A stretch of DNA of 64,000 nucleotides from Podarcis tiliguerta (lineage: Eukaryota), in the NCBI GenBank assembly GCA_965153285.1, contig OZ229110.1. The stretch is one strand, 5' to 3'. A program made the translations under genes and the position numbers. The first letter of the stretch is position 1; each line of letters starts with the position of its first letter. The notes under the pieces were generated by a model. That model had not been told where the DNA came from. It worked only from the letters and a program-made list of their open reading frames with translations, and made no database searches. Below, in pieces: positions 35,181 through 48,450 of this stretch.

Positions 35181-35377
35181 TTTATTAGCTGTATTAATAA
35201 ATGGACATCCTCCTTGCCTTCTGGTGACCAATCCAACTTTGTGGCAAGGTTATCTCCATTTTTCAACATGATACATGTAGAAATATATTGTGCTGATAAA
35301 ACGCCCCTTATTAGCAAACAAGTGTTGTTTGTTTTTGGTTGCCTTGTTTGTTATTAAATAACTATAAAACTCAATTA

Positions 35378-35603
35378 CAGTGGTACCTCAGGTTACATAC
35401 GCTTCAGGTTACAGACTCCGCTAACCCATAAATAGTACCTTGGGTTAAGAACTTTGCTTCAGGATGAGAACAGAAATTGCATGGCGGTGGCACAGCAGCA
35501 GTGGGAGGCCCCATTAGCTAAAGTGCTGCTTCAGGTTAAGAACAGTTTCAAGTTAAGAACGGACCTCCGGAACGAATTAAGTACGTAACCAGAGGTACCA
35601 CTG
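35378..35603. mobile_element. Tigger/pogo-type MITE
   Basis: TIR CAGTGGTACCTC/GAGGTACCACTG flanked by TA on both sides. Confidence 0.9.
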
Positions 35604-37239
35604 TAAAAGCAGTTTCTCCACCTTACCCAATGCTTCTCTTCTGCTATTCTGGGAGCTGTTTCTCGGAACCAGGTTTTGGTTCTGGGTGGTCCCTAAACTG
35701 CATGACACACATTCCAGACAGCACTACCATGAACCAGTGCAATCCCTCAGTCCTGACAAGAATAATCTCTGGCTGGAACTGGGCACAGAACCAGCAGCTG
35801 GCACTTATATTATTTCATCCTCCTTCCTTCTGCTGTGTGTTCCATGGCTGAAGGTGCAGCTTTCAGTGGCAAGGTCCAGCCTGCCCTGCCTCCCTAAGTC
35901 CTTGTTGTTCTAGGGCCTCACAGCACCAAGAGAGGGCAGGGCCACCAGCAGCTGCTGTGGGATGGAGATGTGGAGGACTCTGAATGGCGCTGTTCTGTCT
36001 GCTGGGAGCAGCTCTGCCTCCCTGGTGTTGGGAAGAGGTTGAAGGGCTGGGTCATCTCAAACAATACTTCCTTTCAGGCAGAAGAGCTGCATGAACAGCT
36101 CTTAGGCGGCTGTGGCTGTACAATGCACCCTGTCTTCCAATGCAGAATGGCAGCATTATTGTACCAGTCAGGTGGCTGACGAAGGCCTGCTTCTGGGAAC
36201 GTAGGCACTAGCTAGAACAGGCCCTGGGCTGGAACAGAGACACAATGGTGGACCAGGACAGCTTCTAAGTGGACCCACCTGTATTTCACATATCCTCAGG
36301 GAGAGGCAAAGGCAACCTTCCCACTGCCTATCTCTGTACCTGACCAATCCTTTCTAGTTCCATGCTTCTCAAGGCCTGACTATCCATTGGACTAATGGGA
36401 AATTTAGGAAATCAGGTCTACAAGGGAAGCTGAGGTGCCAATGGCACACATAGTTTGCCCTACAGCATTTCAGCCTTTTCTCTCTGACAACCGTTCTGCT
36501 GGTCCTGATGAATGGGCACAAGCAGATAGTGTTAGAAACTGAGATATGGAAGCTAGGAGCTAAATGGCACCTTAAACCTAGGTTATGGGTGCAGCAATGG
36601 AATGTCTAGGCTCACTTTTTTATAACAAGAATACAAATCTGGAAATGAATGAACTGCAGCTAAAATATATGTTCATTTTTCGTATGGCCTAGTCCTTCCC
36701 CTGTCCACCCCCTTAATGTTCTTAAGAGGGTCTCTTCTCCAGTCTTCAGAGTAGCTGGAAGGTCCTTGTTTCCTTCCACACTGCAGTTTTAATCTGAAAT
36801 CTTAGACGCAGTACTAAGAAATTCCCTGTTGCAAAATGCACCTAGAACAATGGGAATTTTGAACACTGCATGCATGCATAAAGTTATCTGATGGCTGCAG
36901 GAGATACCTTCCAAATGAAAGTCACCTTCAGAGATGCAGAATCTGAAACAGCAGGGTTTGCATTGCCTCTTTAACTTCAAGTCCTCCCCCCCCCCCGCCA
37001 CTGTTTCCTCCTGGGTGGTATTGGGTGGATGGGGGAAGAGATTATGGTGTGTCTGGGGCTGTCTCCTGCTGCCCTGCTGCCTGCCTAGTGAGAAGGGATG
37101 CTCACTTATGAATCAGGGTTCCTGCTCTTGAAACTTCCCTGTCACCTCCCAATCCTATGCATGTGTATTCAAGGAGGCTTATACTCAGGTAATGGGGGGC
37201 CCTCACCTATTAACTTTTTGCTTGTTATATACCTATTTA

Positions 37240-37400
37240 TGTGAGCTTTTAGCTTTCCTCTAAGGAGCTCAGGGTTTTCCACTCCCCAATTTATCCTCAC
37301 AACAACTCTGTGAGGGAGGCTAGGCTGAGCAACAGTGACTGGCCCAGGGATCTTCATGGCTGAAGAGGATTTTAATCTTTGTCTCTCAGGTCCTACTTAC
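37240..37400 (-). mobile_element. MIR/CORE-like SINE remnant
   Basis: TTTATCCTCACAACAACTCTGTGAGG..GTGACTGGCCCAGG core-like motif. Confidence 0.55.
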
Positions 37401-37654
37401 CGTAATATCCTTCCATCTTAATCCACAACTCCACATTCTTGAAAAGAAGCTGTAGAAGTGAACAAGCTAGTGGGGTGGGTGGGGCAGATATACTATTTCC
37501 CCCAAAGGGCATATTCCATTTCTTGCTGTGTAATTAGAATCTTATATGCCTGTTAATGCATTGTTAAACACCACCCCCAAACTTCACAGCAGTGTGAAAT
37601 TCTAGGGAGTTCCAAGCACGTTTTACCCTGTGTTTGTGTTTCCTTTTTGGACAA

Positions 37655-37910
37655 TGAGGCACAGAAGAGACCGTGGTGTCTTTATGATATATGGTTTATT
37701 TACACACATATACAACCTGAGCCTATGATGGAAGGGTGCACGTTACACCCCCAGAGGTTATTGTTTCTATCCTAGGTGAAGCCCTGGATTCTACAGGATG
37801 CCAGCCATCGGGTTCTCTGTCTCTAATCTGTTGCTTTACTCCTACATTGTATGACTCCTAACCCTGTACTAGGCAGCCATCTATATAGTGAGGTAGGAGA
37901 GCCCCCCTCC
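37655..37910 (-). mobile_element. Possible solo-LTR remnant
   Basis: TG at the left end, AATAAA on the minus strand at 37695-37700, TATA-like sequence near 37882; ends and TSD unclear. Confidence 0.3.
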
Positions 37911-39916
37911 ATATCATAGAATGGTAGAGCTGAAGGGACCCCAAGGGTCATCTAGGCCACCCCCTACAACGTTGACCATAAAAATATATTGACATTATTC
38001 TCAGCTCTCCCACCCCACTAATATTGCTTCTCTGTTGCATTGCTGCTTACAGGTTGGAACAATTTTCCTCCAACTCACATCAAGCAAAAACTGCTAACCT
38101 GAACTATGCTACTGGCCTTTGTTCTTCTAGTTAACCCAGAGCTTTGCTTATGGCTTTCTTGATGGGTCATCACCCTGTCTTTGTTTGTTTAATGACTCAG
38201 CCATTATCAGGCTGGCCTGAACAAGGGAAGATGAGTCCAGCTATGAAGAGTGTATCTACCAGTTTAACTCTCCAAACACTGATTGCGTTCTAACACTTAC
38301 TAAATCCAGAAATTATGGGTGCCTGACACCCACAATGCTGCAACTTGCGTCTGGTTGGTTGTATTTTGGGTCATGTTTTGGGTATCTGGAAGATATATTT
38401 GCCTTCCTGGCATATTTGCCATTACATTTAGGTAGTTTGCAGCTCTGTAGATTACAGCTTGTTACATGCGCATGGAAACTCAGTCAAGCTTTAAAAAGGG
38501 CATCAAGCATCCTATTTTGGCTCAGATAATTCCACATGCAATCATATAGTGTCATGGTGCATATCCTGGCCTCTTCTTATTTCCTAAATTATTGCACGTA
38601 TATATTGTACTGCATGAATTATTTTCACATTTTTATTCTCATACTTTTGTCTACACATCCTAGCATGCCTGATCAGATCACTGTACATCTAAATAAGCAT
38701 TATTCGTCCAACAGCAGCCAGGCAAATGCCTCTGGAAGTCTACCAGCAGGGCATAAAATTGATGGTCATCCCCATGCAGTATGAAGAGATATACTGTCTC
38801 TATGCATGGAGGTTCTATTTGGCTATAATAACTAATAGCTGTGCATCCAGGGTAAAACACCAGATAGGGCCAGCATCAGCCTCCCTTAGGTTCAATGCAG
38901 GGTAGCACATGAGTCCCTGGGAATAATTTATTTCAATGTATGTTACCACAGAAGCACTTCATAGGAGAGGTCTTTTTAATTTATTTGTTAATAAGAAGTT
39001 TTATTAATTTTCAGTGTATAACCATAATCACAAAGGAGAGGTCTTATTGTGCATAAAGATTTCTTAGATAGTTGCATTGGATGAAATTGCTTTGCTACTC
39101 ACAATAAGCCTTACTTGATAGATTCAGACAAATCCCGTGCCAATCACAGATGTCCTCAGAAATGACCCCCCCTCTAGCTCCTCCCTTTCTGTTGTGTAAA
39201 CAGTGACCGATGTTCATTAAAAAAAATATCTGCAACCCATATTTGAACTCTGAGGGCTGCTGAAATGTTTGAGTAACACCAACTTAGAATCAGGCCTGCC
39301 TACCTATACACGTTATGTGCTTTATTTAAGATGACTGTAAATTGTTACCACTCACAGGGAAAGCTAAGTATTCAGTCATAAAATGTTTACCTGTTTCTCC
39401 CATGGCATTTATTTATTTATTTTAATTTGCAGATTTTACAAGGAAATGGAAAAAGAGGAAATAAAATTAAAGAGGAAAGAAAACACAAAACACCAACATG
39501 ACAACAAATTATTACTATTATTGTTATTAGTAGTAGTAACAGTAACAGAAGCCACCATCAGTTCACATTATGGATACAGTGACCATCAATAAATAAATCT
39601 TTAATTTAAGAGGGCTTATATTGATGTATACGTTTAATTTATCAATATAAGCCCTCCAGATGTCCAAAATTAAACTGATGCCTATATGAAATACGTTCAG
39701 GTTGGGGAGTGAGGACCTCAGACCATTGTGTATTTGGCAGTGGGTATTTATCCTTCCAGGCTTGAAATATAAGTCTCTTAACCACCATAAAGGCTTGCAA
39801 AACCTACTTTTGTCCATCCATTAAACCTCATATTATAGGGACATAATAAAAAAGTATATAAATGTCAGCAAATATAAAGGATTTTGCCAATACAAAATTG
39901 AGGTGAGTAACAACTT

Positions 39917-40234
39917 GCTGATTGAAAGGTCGGTGGTTCGAATCCCTGCGACAGGGTGAGCTCCCATTGCTCGGTCCCAGCTCCTGCCAACCTAGCAGTT
40001 TGAAAGCACGTCAAAGTGCAAGTAGATAAATAGGTACCGCTCCAGCGGGAAGGTAAACAGTGTTTCTGTGCACTGCTCTGGTTTCACCAGAAGCGGCTTA
40101 GTCATGCTGGCCACATGACCTGGAAAAACTGTCTGCAGACAAACGTCGGCTCCCTTGGCCAGTAAAGTGTGATGAGCGTCGCAACCCCAGAGTCGTTCGC
40201 GACTGGATTTAACTGTCAGGGGTCCTTTACCTTT
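39917..40234 (+). mobile_element. 5'-truncated Sauria SINE
   Basis: B box GGTTCGAATCC, Sauria body, CCTTTACCTTT tail; TSD TAACAACTT (39908-39916, 40235-40243). Confidence 0.88.
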
Positions 40235-41569
40235 TAACAACTTCAGACCACTGGATAAGCTCACATCATATGCCTCAAAGAGGCATTTTCAGCATTACAA
40301 CATCCTTCTGTATTAGACAGTACAATCTGATACAGAAGTTGTGGAGTCCAATACATTCAAAATATTAATTTTTCCTGAATCAATCTCAGGTCCAAGGAAA
40401 TACTCTGTTTAGGCTCTAAAGCAATTTTCTATTGTTTAAGCTGTGTAATATCTTCTAATTCACTGTTCCACACTTCTCTAAGTTCCTGAATTTCTGCCTT
40501 ACCAAAATCCATTAAGCATTTATAAGCATTGGTTATAGGTTTAGTTTTCTGTTTCTTCCATAGCTGTGGAATCCATTGTTTGACAGGCATGGCATCTCTG
40601 AGTTTTGTGCCAAACACAACAAAAGATGGATGTGAATGAGTGAAGTAGCAACTGGCAGCTGTAATTAAAATAAATACTACAAGATCAATAGTCTGGTCTT
40701 CTATTGAAGTGGTTAACTCATCACTCTCAGCTGAAATTGTATAAATGGTCAAATAAAAAGTGACAGGTTTTCCTAAGCAGTTTCCTTTGTCTATGTGACA
40801 TTACTGTAGTTTGGAAATGCTTGTTGAAACATAACATTTTCCAGCCCAATCCTAAGAATGCTCGGCTGAAAAAAGTCCCACTGATTCTAGTGGGATTTAC
40901 TTTAAAATCCTGTTTCCTTTTTATTTTTAAATGAAGAATTATTTAAAAACATACTTTATTCAAGTGAATGTACAGAGTCTATATCCAGCCACAGACCTAG
41001 AACCATAACATACAGATCAGACATAAGGTCAAGCACATTATTATTGACAGCAACGTATCTTGTAGCACAGGTGAAGTCTGACAAATTTCTTCTAGAACCA
41101 GCTTTTATGGACAATTGTTCATCGGACAAAGTCTCTTGCAGCAAAAACAAGGTTTTTTCCCCTAGCCACCTAAAAGGCTAAGAAATTTATTACAGCATAT
41201 GTTTTCAAAGACTCCCATCCATTGAACCAGATACATGAAATGTTACATGTGTACAACATGGTTTGAAGGGGGTAATTATACACCATGAGTTTAGAGTGAA
41301 AGCAAATGCAGAAGAGTGCAATCATGCAATTAGCTGTGGTAACTCACAAAACAGTTGTTGACAACACAGGCGTCCTGTAATTGGTAAGCCAATTAACTCA
41401 TATAATGGTTAAAAATTCGTAGTCTGGATTCAATCCACAAATTATAACGTTTGATATATGGTTCGTTACGGCTAGTTTACTACATCCCGGCAGTTTCTGC
41501 ACTACTGTTATACTAACGGAAGCTTGGCCCAATATAAAAACATCACCTTTGTCTCCCTTTTTTGGTGTG

Positions 41570-42700
41570 GCGTTCCATATGGAGGCGATCGTTAGCAGGT
41601 GCCTCCAAGTCCGATACCGGCAGGGTCAGGCCAGGGGAGCGTCTCCCCCCTCCACCACCTTGTCCTAAATCTGGCACGGGGAGGGCAAGGCAGGCGGGAG
41701 TTTCGGGGCGGTGCCATTGCCCCGAGCTATAGCTCAGCAACTCCGACTTGCTCCGCCCGGCCTAGTGGCGCGCCCTCCCCGGGAGAGGAGAAACTGCGCG
41801 TGGCGGCGGCGGCCCAGGTAGCTCTGGGTTAATAATTACTAGGAAGAGGGAAGAGCCGCTTCGCTTCCTCCGACCGCGGCCCCTCCTTGCGGCTCCGGAG
41901 TCTCCACCTACCCGGAGCGTTGGTGACCCGCCCGCTCTTTCTTTCCCCCTTCTTTCCCTAAAAGCCTCCTTCGGCGGGGAGCTTCCTGCCTAGCCAGCTC
42001 TAATCTCAGCGGAGTCTTTCGTCGCGTGGCTCTCGAACTGCTGAGCGCCGGAGCGGCTTGCACGGCTTTACGGAACCCGGGTCAGTTTTTTTGGTTGGTT
42101 TTTTTTTTTTTAAAAATATCGGGCGGCTAAACTCTTGGGAGGATTTTTTTTTTTTGGGGGGGGGGAATCGCTGCCTGCATTAAATGGCTCTGGATCCAAA
42201 CCCCTATGGGACGGGAGTTCTCGAGTCTCTCTTTTGCACCGGAGACAGGATTAAGGATCGTGTGCATGCTCCGGACTGGGATTTGGCGACTCTCCTTCAG
42301 CCCCTTGTCTCTCGCTCGCCCTCTCCCTGGACACGGCCCCGTCCCCGGACTGGTGTGCTCATCCGGGCGCAGGTGCCTCCCTGCCGTCGGGGTTCCCACC
42401 TCCCCAGGGATTATTCGGAATCGCTTATCCTCTAAAAAGCTTTGCCCGCCCACGCGGAAATTGGTTTGTGCTGCTACATATAATCGCGCGCTTCCCGAGT
42501 TGTTAAGGGAGGCGTGGACCTACTTTTGCTGCTCTCGCACGGCCGTCTTGTAAATAAGAGTTATTTCTCTCTCACCCACACCCGGGAATTCTGTAGACGG
42601 CTCTTGGGATCCTGCTGAGCCCGGGAAACGCGCGCGCGGGCGCAGTTGCGCCTTTCTTGATGCGCCTTTTGAGTTAGGCGAGTCCGTATGCATCCTCCTC
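41570..42700 (+). promoter_or_regulatory. CpG island, probable promoter and non-coding first exon of the PLEKHG3-like gene
   Basis: CpG-rich; candidate donor CCCAG|GTAGCT at 41818; no coding homology; the nearest downstream + strand coding exon is the RhoGEF exon. Confidence 0.6.
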
Positions 42701-45644
42701 CCTAAAGTACCACAGAAGGAAATCGCGGATGTTTGCTTTTTCCCTTTCCTTAAGGTCCCTTGAGGCACTATAGTTTTCCATCCCATACGTGCCTGGCTCA
42801 GAAGTAAGACCCGTTGAGCTCCGACGGTTTACTTTCAGGAAAGCAGATAGGGAAAGATTGCCGTTTAATTCGCTTTTAGTTACTCTTCGGTTGCACAACT
42901 GAGGTGAATTTTCCGACCCCTCCAAGCGAATTCTCTTGGGTGGAATAGTGGACTGGAAAGGCGGGACTGGAGAATCTGAGGAATTTTGGAGCAATTCGCC
43001 AGAAATAATGTGGCCTAATGGTGTGTATGTGCCCTCAGCCACCGGGAGTGGTGAGTTTTTAACCGCAAATGGGAAATAATTCGGTTTGAGGCTTAAACTG
43101 TTCGTGCCCCCCCTCCAGGGGAAACCTGATGGCCGTGTGTGAACCTGAAGATAATGTGAATGGCTTTGGAATAGGAGGGAATTCGAGGCTGGCCAGTGAC
43201 CCCAGGGGCTATTAGAGCGAAAACTGTAGCTCTCCATCTCCTGCTGTTCAGGAATGTTGTTATGTCAGGAGATCAGTGCAGACATGTGCATATAATGGTT
43301 TCCCTAAAACACACTGGCCTGTAGTCTCACCCCTCACCTGACTCCTGCCTTGCTTTCCTCCTGCCCCTCCTCCCTCTGTGGGGTGTGGGTGTGTGTCTGC
43401 TTGCTTAGGTTGGGCAACTCCCATTGTAAATTATTTAAATCTGGCTTTTCAGAAATTTTAAAGCATGATTGTGTAGTAGCAGGTGGGGAACCTGTAGCCC
43501 AGCAGCATATATAGGGCCACAACTCCCACCAGTTGTCACCAGCGTGGCTTGATGGTGAGAGATGATGGGAGCTGGAGTCCAACATGGATATGGAGGGCTG
43601 CAGGTTCCCAACCCCTGTTGCATAGTAAAAGTGGGGGGACGACCTCTCAGTATTGGGACATTTTTGAGGACCTATACATAGGGAACACAGGGTACATAGG
43701 GATACATAGGGTTAGTAGTATGCAGATTTTTCCTTTAGGTTCTGTTCTTGTGGGCTTCTCTTCCTGCATTGCCATTGTTATCGTTATTGCCCCCTTTATA
43801 CTCTGCCCTTCCTCCTAAAGCAACCATGTTTGGCTGAGGCAGCAATGATAAAAAAAATTCTAAAAATAGTTTAAAATATTATCTCAACCGGTTATCTCAG
43901 GGTTGCAACAAAACTTTATTTTAAAATGTGAGAAAGTAGCCAGAAAACCCGCCATGGTTTTTTTTAACCGCTTGTGGTCTACGGGACTGAGAGGTCCTGC
44001 TTTTAGGTGCAGTTGTTTTAAAATGTGTTGATTGTCAACCAACCCACTAACATCATGTACGACCTCAGTGTGTGAATTTCAACCTTGGAGGTTTTTGAGC
44101 TGCATAAATGCACTGAGAATGCTAAAACTTGGAGGGAAGTAATGCAATGAATGTAAACACATGCATGTGGAATTAAATCCTGCTTCAAAGGCTCAAAGGA
44201 AAAGTATGCATGCTGAAATATCACACGGTACATCATTATTTGGGCCATGTCATTTCAGGTTGCAGATAAGGGGATAATTTGTTTAAATGCTCTCCCATTT
44301 AAAGCACCTTCCTGTGTGCCTAAAGCTAACATAATGTGAATTCTCAACTGGCAGGGCATTCTTGGACATTTATAGCTTGGCTCTTAACTTCAAGCTTCCA
44401 TCCAGTATGTTTAGTCATAGGAATTGGTTATTATTATCCAAAGAGAAAGAGGCAACCCAAAATTCTTGTTTCACTGGTATTATTGCAACCTGTGGCCCAG
44501 GCCTACTTTACACTTGCCTTTTCACAGATATGCTGTTGTAACAGATAAGGAGCCAGTAAATTCATGTTTAGTGGATGTGTCTCCAGCAGGGAAGGCCTTT
44601 CCCAGCTTGTGGTGTTGACATGCACTGTGCAAACTGTCACACAGCCACAGAGGCATTCTGCCACACGGTACAGCTTCAATCAGGTTTATGTCAAGCACTG
44701 AAAATTCAAAGTACCCCAGGCTCCTTTTGCACATTCCTGGAGAGATGTGGTTGCCTTGGTTGTTCACAATAACGTTAAAAAACTTCTGCCCACATCATTG
44801 GGTTTTCTTGTTGAAACAGGGCAGAACTTGTCCCTGATAACCCAGCCTGAGAAGGGTAATGACAGAGGATGTCATTATGTGCTTGGCCATGTTGACTGAT
44901 AAACCATAATTTGCCTTTGTTTCGCAACAGCTACATTTGCAATGGTGGTAAATGGCAGTAGGCTATTTTGATGTAACATGGTGCAGCGGCAAGGGTATTG
45001 GGTTCGGATGTGAATAGAAAACATAATATTCAGATCCCGAGTGAACTAACCAAGTCACATGCCCATAAGAGAGCAATCCAATACATATGAAGCTGCTATA
45101 AAGCATGCTGGTGTAAGGGAAGACAGAGTACAGTGACATCAGATTGAAATGGTTCAGAAGTGGGGCTACTGCTGAATGAGGTGGCCTAAGGCTGGCAGAG
45201 GCAAAACGAGCCTTTAAAATAGTGCTTGAATTACAGCACCCTTTATAGCTTTACCAGGTACATCACATTACCAGGTCATGTGACCAATCTGAACAGGCTT
45301 AGGATCCAGCCTACCTTTCCCCTTTATGGTTCTGCCCATGTCCTGCCCCCAGAGCACCCCTTTTTCAGAGCATATGCCAGAATAAACTCCACTGGGCCCT
45401 GGCTGAGATGAGATTGGGGAGATATAGCTGAGGATGAGGAAGTTAAGCTGGTGTAGCCTGGCTATGTTCAGAACTTCCTTGCACAGCCGGATATCCACTG
45501 GATCCTCACCTGCTCATCTTGCTATGGGATTCCTTCCCAAATGACTAGAATATAATATATGTATAGTCAACCTTTTCAGACCCAGGACCCACTTTTAACC
45601 CAAATTTTCATTTGGGGACCTATTTCTTGATCTTTTACCATATA

Positions 45645-45872
45645 CCGTATTTTTCGCTCTATAAGGCGCACCAGACCACAAGACACACCTAGTTTTTGGA
45701 GGAGGAAAACAAGAAAAAAAATATTCTGAATCTCAGAAGCCAGAACAGAACCCTCTTGCTGTTCTGGCTTCTGGGATAGCTGCGCAGCCTGCATTCGCTC
45801 CATAAGACATACACACATTTCCCCTTACTTTTTAGGAAGGAAAAAGTGAGTCTTATAGAGCAAAAAATACGG
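45645..45872. mobile_element. Tc1/pogo-type MITE (inverted sister of 207-466), nested in an older hAT-like element (about 45565-45960)
   Basis: TIR CCGTATTTTT.GCTCTATAAG with TA flanks; the flanks GTCAACCTTTT..GGACCCAC and GTGGGTCCCGACCCACCAGTTGAA look like halves of a hAT MITE. Confidence 0.8.
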
Positions 45873-46299
45873 TATTTGCATAGTGGTCATGTTCCTGTTG
45901 CAACCCACCTTGGTTCAGGTAGCAACGCACTAGTGGGTCCCGACCCACCAGTTGAAGAGCAAGTGATATGCTAGTAATACATATAGCAGCCAATAAACAA
46001 TAAGAGATGTTACTGATTCCAAATAGTTGAGGATGGTTAAAGTAAAAAGTTACTGTGAAGAGCTCCAAAGGGATGTCTCCTAAATTAGGGGTTGTCCACA
46101 CTTTTCCGCTTGTCCCACTACTTTCCCCTGGGAAAACCTGCTGTTTACCACTGAATCAGAGCAAATGCCCATTGATTGACGTCAGCAGATTGATGTTTGT
46201 GATAGTAGTGGGTTTTTCTGGGGAAAGCAATGGGATAAATGAAAGGCCGTTTGGACCCATGCCTAGAAAGCATGGGGCAAGCAGAAGTGTGGATGAACC

Positions 46300-46368
46300 C
46301 TTGGTGGAATGGGCAGTAAAATGGCCAATGGAACTCACTGTAAACAGGTGTAAAATGATGCACAAGGG

Positions 46369-46401
<33 letters not shown>

Positions 46402-47010
46402 TTTACATATATGCTCATGGGGTCTGAACTGGAGTTGACGATCAGGAATGAGAACTTAGGCAGGTAGTGGACTGCTCAGTGAAGATGTCGATCCCATGTG
46501 TGGCAGTTGTGGAAAATATAAATCCCATGATGGGGATCATTAGGAAAAGAACTGAAAATAAAACTGCCATTATACAAATCTATGGTGCGCCTGCCTTTGG
46601 AATACTGTGTACTTGCCTCTTTGCCTCACCTCGGAAAGGATATTGTAGAGCTGGAAAAGCATTCCAAAAGGGGCAACCAGAATGGTAAAGAAAACAGAGT
46701 AACTCCCCCATGAGGAAAGGCTACAACATAAGGAGCTTTTCAGTTTTGATAAAAGGCAAGTAAATTACGCATCTTGTGGAGAACGTGGCCAGAGGAAGCT
46801 TTTCCTGTTCTCTCATAATACCACAACTCATGGACCTCCAGTGAAGCCGTATGTTGGAAGATTCGGGACAGACCCCCAAAAGTACTTCTTCCCACACTCA
46901 TAGATAACTCTGGAATTCGTTCTCACAGGAAGCAATGATGGCTACCAACTTGGATGGCTTTAGGAGAGAGAGAAATTCATGAAGGATAAGGCTACCAGTG
47001 GCTACTAGCC
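46300..47010 (+). mobile_element. Decayed CR1 LINE 3' fragment with (TAA)n expansion
   Basis: Remnants EWAVKWPM..CKMMH, LEYC, and a CR1-like 3' end GATGGCTACCAACTTGGATGGCTTTA. Confidence 0.75.
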
Positions 47011-48398
47011 ACATTGTCCACTGTTGGAGGCAGCATGCCCCTGAATTCCAGTTGCTTGAAGTCATGAGGATGTGGTTGTGCTCAGGTTCTGCTTTCAGGC
47101 TTCCCCTAGGCATCTGGTTGGCCACTGTGATGCTGAACCAGATTGGCTTTGGCCCTGATCTAGCAGGCCCTTGTGCTCTTACATTAATAGCTGTGTTGCA
47201 TTTCCTTGCAAGGTCCTTCTTGCATACAAAGGAGAACACCTAGGTTAACAAAGGTGTGCTTGACAATGTAGAACCTCCTAGTTAAATGTCTTTTCTCTCT
47301 CTCAGTGAGCAGCCCATGAAAGTCCCTGGACTTCTCAAGAGACACAGATCTTCTTTCTCCTTCCCAGGTTGTAGATTCAGCTCTCAATGCGATGCAATTG
47401 GCTTTCATGTACAAATGCAGTACGGAACCCCTTCCATTATATGGTTTATAAACCCTTTTCCTCTTCCACATTGTGATTTGCATAGGCAAACACAATACGA
47501 GCACCGAATCTCCAAGAATGAACTGGATTCAGAAATGTTAACTTGGCACAAACAATAACTCCCGATGCAGCTAGCTAGTAGGAGTATGTGTGTGTGTGTG
47601 CTTGTGCATATGTAAGTGTGTGTGTGTAGGGGAGCTGGCACTGGAATTCCAGACAGGCTGGTGGCGGCGGCTGCTACAGCTGCAGGAATGACATTTTGGC
47701 CTCTGCTGCCCTTTAATTTCAAACTCTCTGCTCCATCATACTTTTCTATTCAGCTCCTTATCCGCTCCTCACCCCATTCCCTTCCCTCCCTCACTCGTGG
47801 GTACTGAGGACTCAGAATGGAATAATGAGCTCTATGAAACCACCTTAGGCAGTGCTGTGTTTCAGAACTTCTTATGCAATAATGTGATTTGATCCTTGGG
47901 GGGCCCCTTCCCCCACAACTCTCGTTTGGTACTGCACGGCCTGAGCTGTGTGCTGTTGCTTATGCCGTCGTAAACTGAGAAATAGTGGGCCATCCTATTA
48001 TTGACCATTACCGTATTTTATTTTGGATTTTTATTAATTATCTGTTACAGAAGCAGTGAAAAACCTTCACAAAGCAATTATTATAATTTCTACGTACAAA
48101 CATAAATAATAAAACATGACAAGACTAACAAGAACAGGTCATTGGGTGGGGGGGGAATGCAAAACACGAGCCTTCATTTTCTTTTAATTCCTTGGTTCTT
48201 TGCAAAGTCACAAAGAAGTAACAGGCAAGAAGTGAAAGGTGTCTGCTGAAGAGTGATTGTGGCCAGGGCTGGAAGTTACAGTAAAGGGCACTGAGCTATC
48301 TGGACTTTCATCCATGCCCTGTACAGTGGAAATCAGCTGCCGTCGTAAGCACTAGAAATGGACATACATCTGAAAAGAGAGATCCTGAAACCTGTGAT

Positions 48399-48402
<4 letters not shown>

Positions 48403-48447
<45 letters not shown>
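48403..48447. repeat. (TC)n microsatellite
   Basis: Seen directly. Confidence 0.95.

Positions 48448-48450
<3 letters not shown>

Noticed and set aside
42674-43237. 187-aa minus-strand ORF next to the CpG island
   Set aside because: No recognisable homology or coding-like composition; likely a chance ORF
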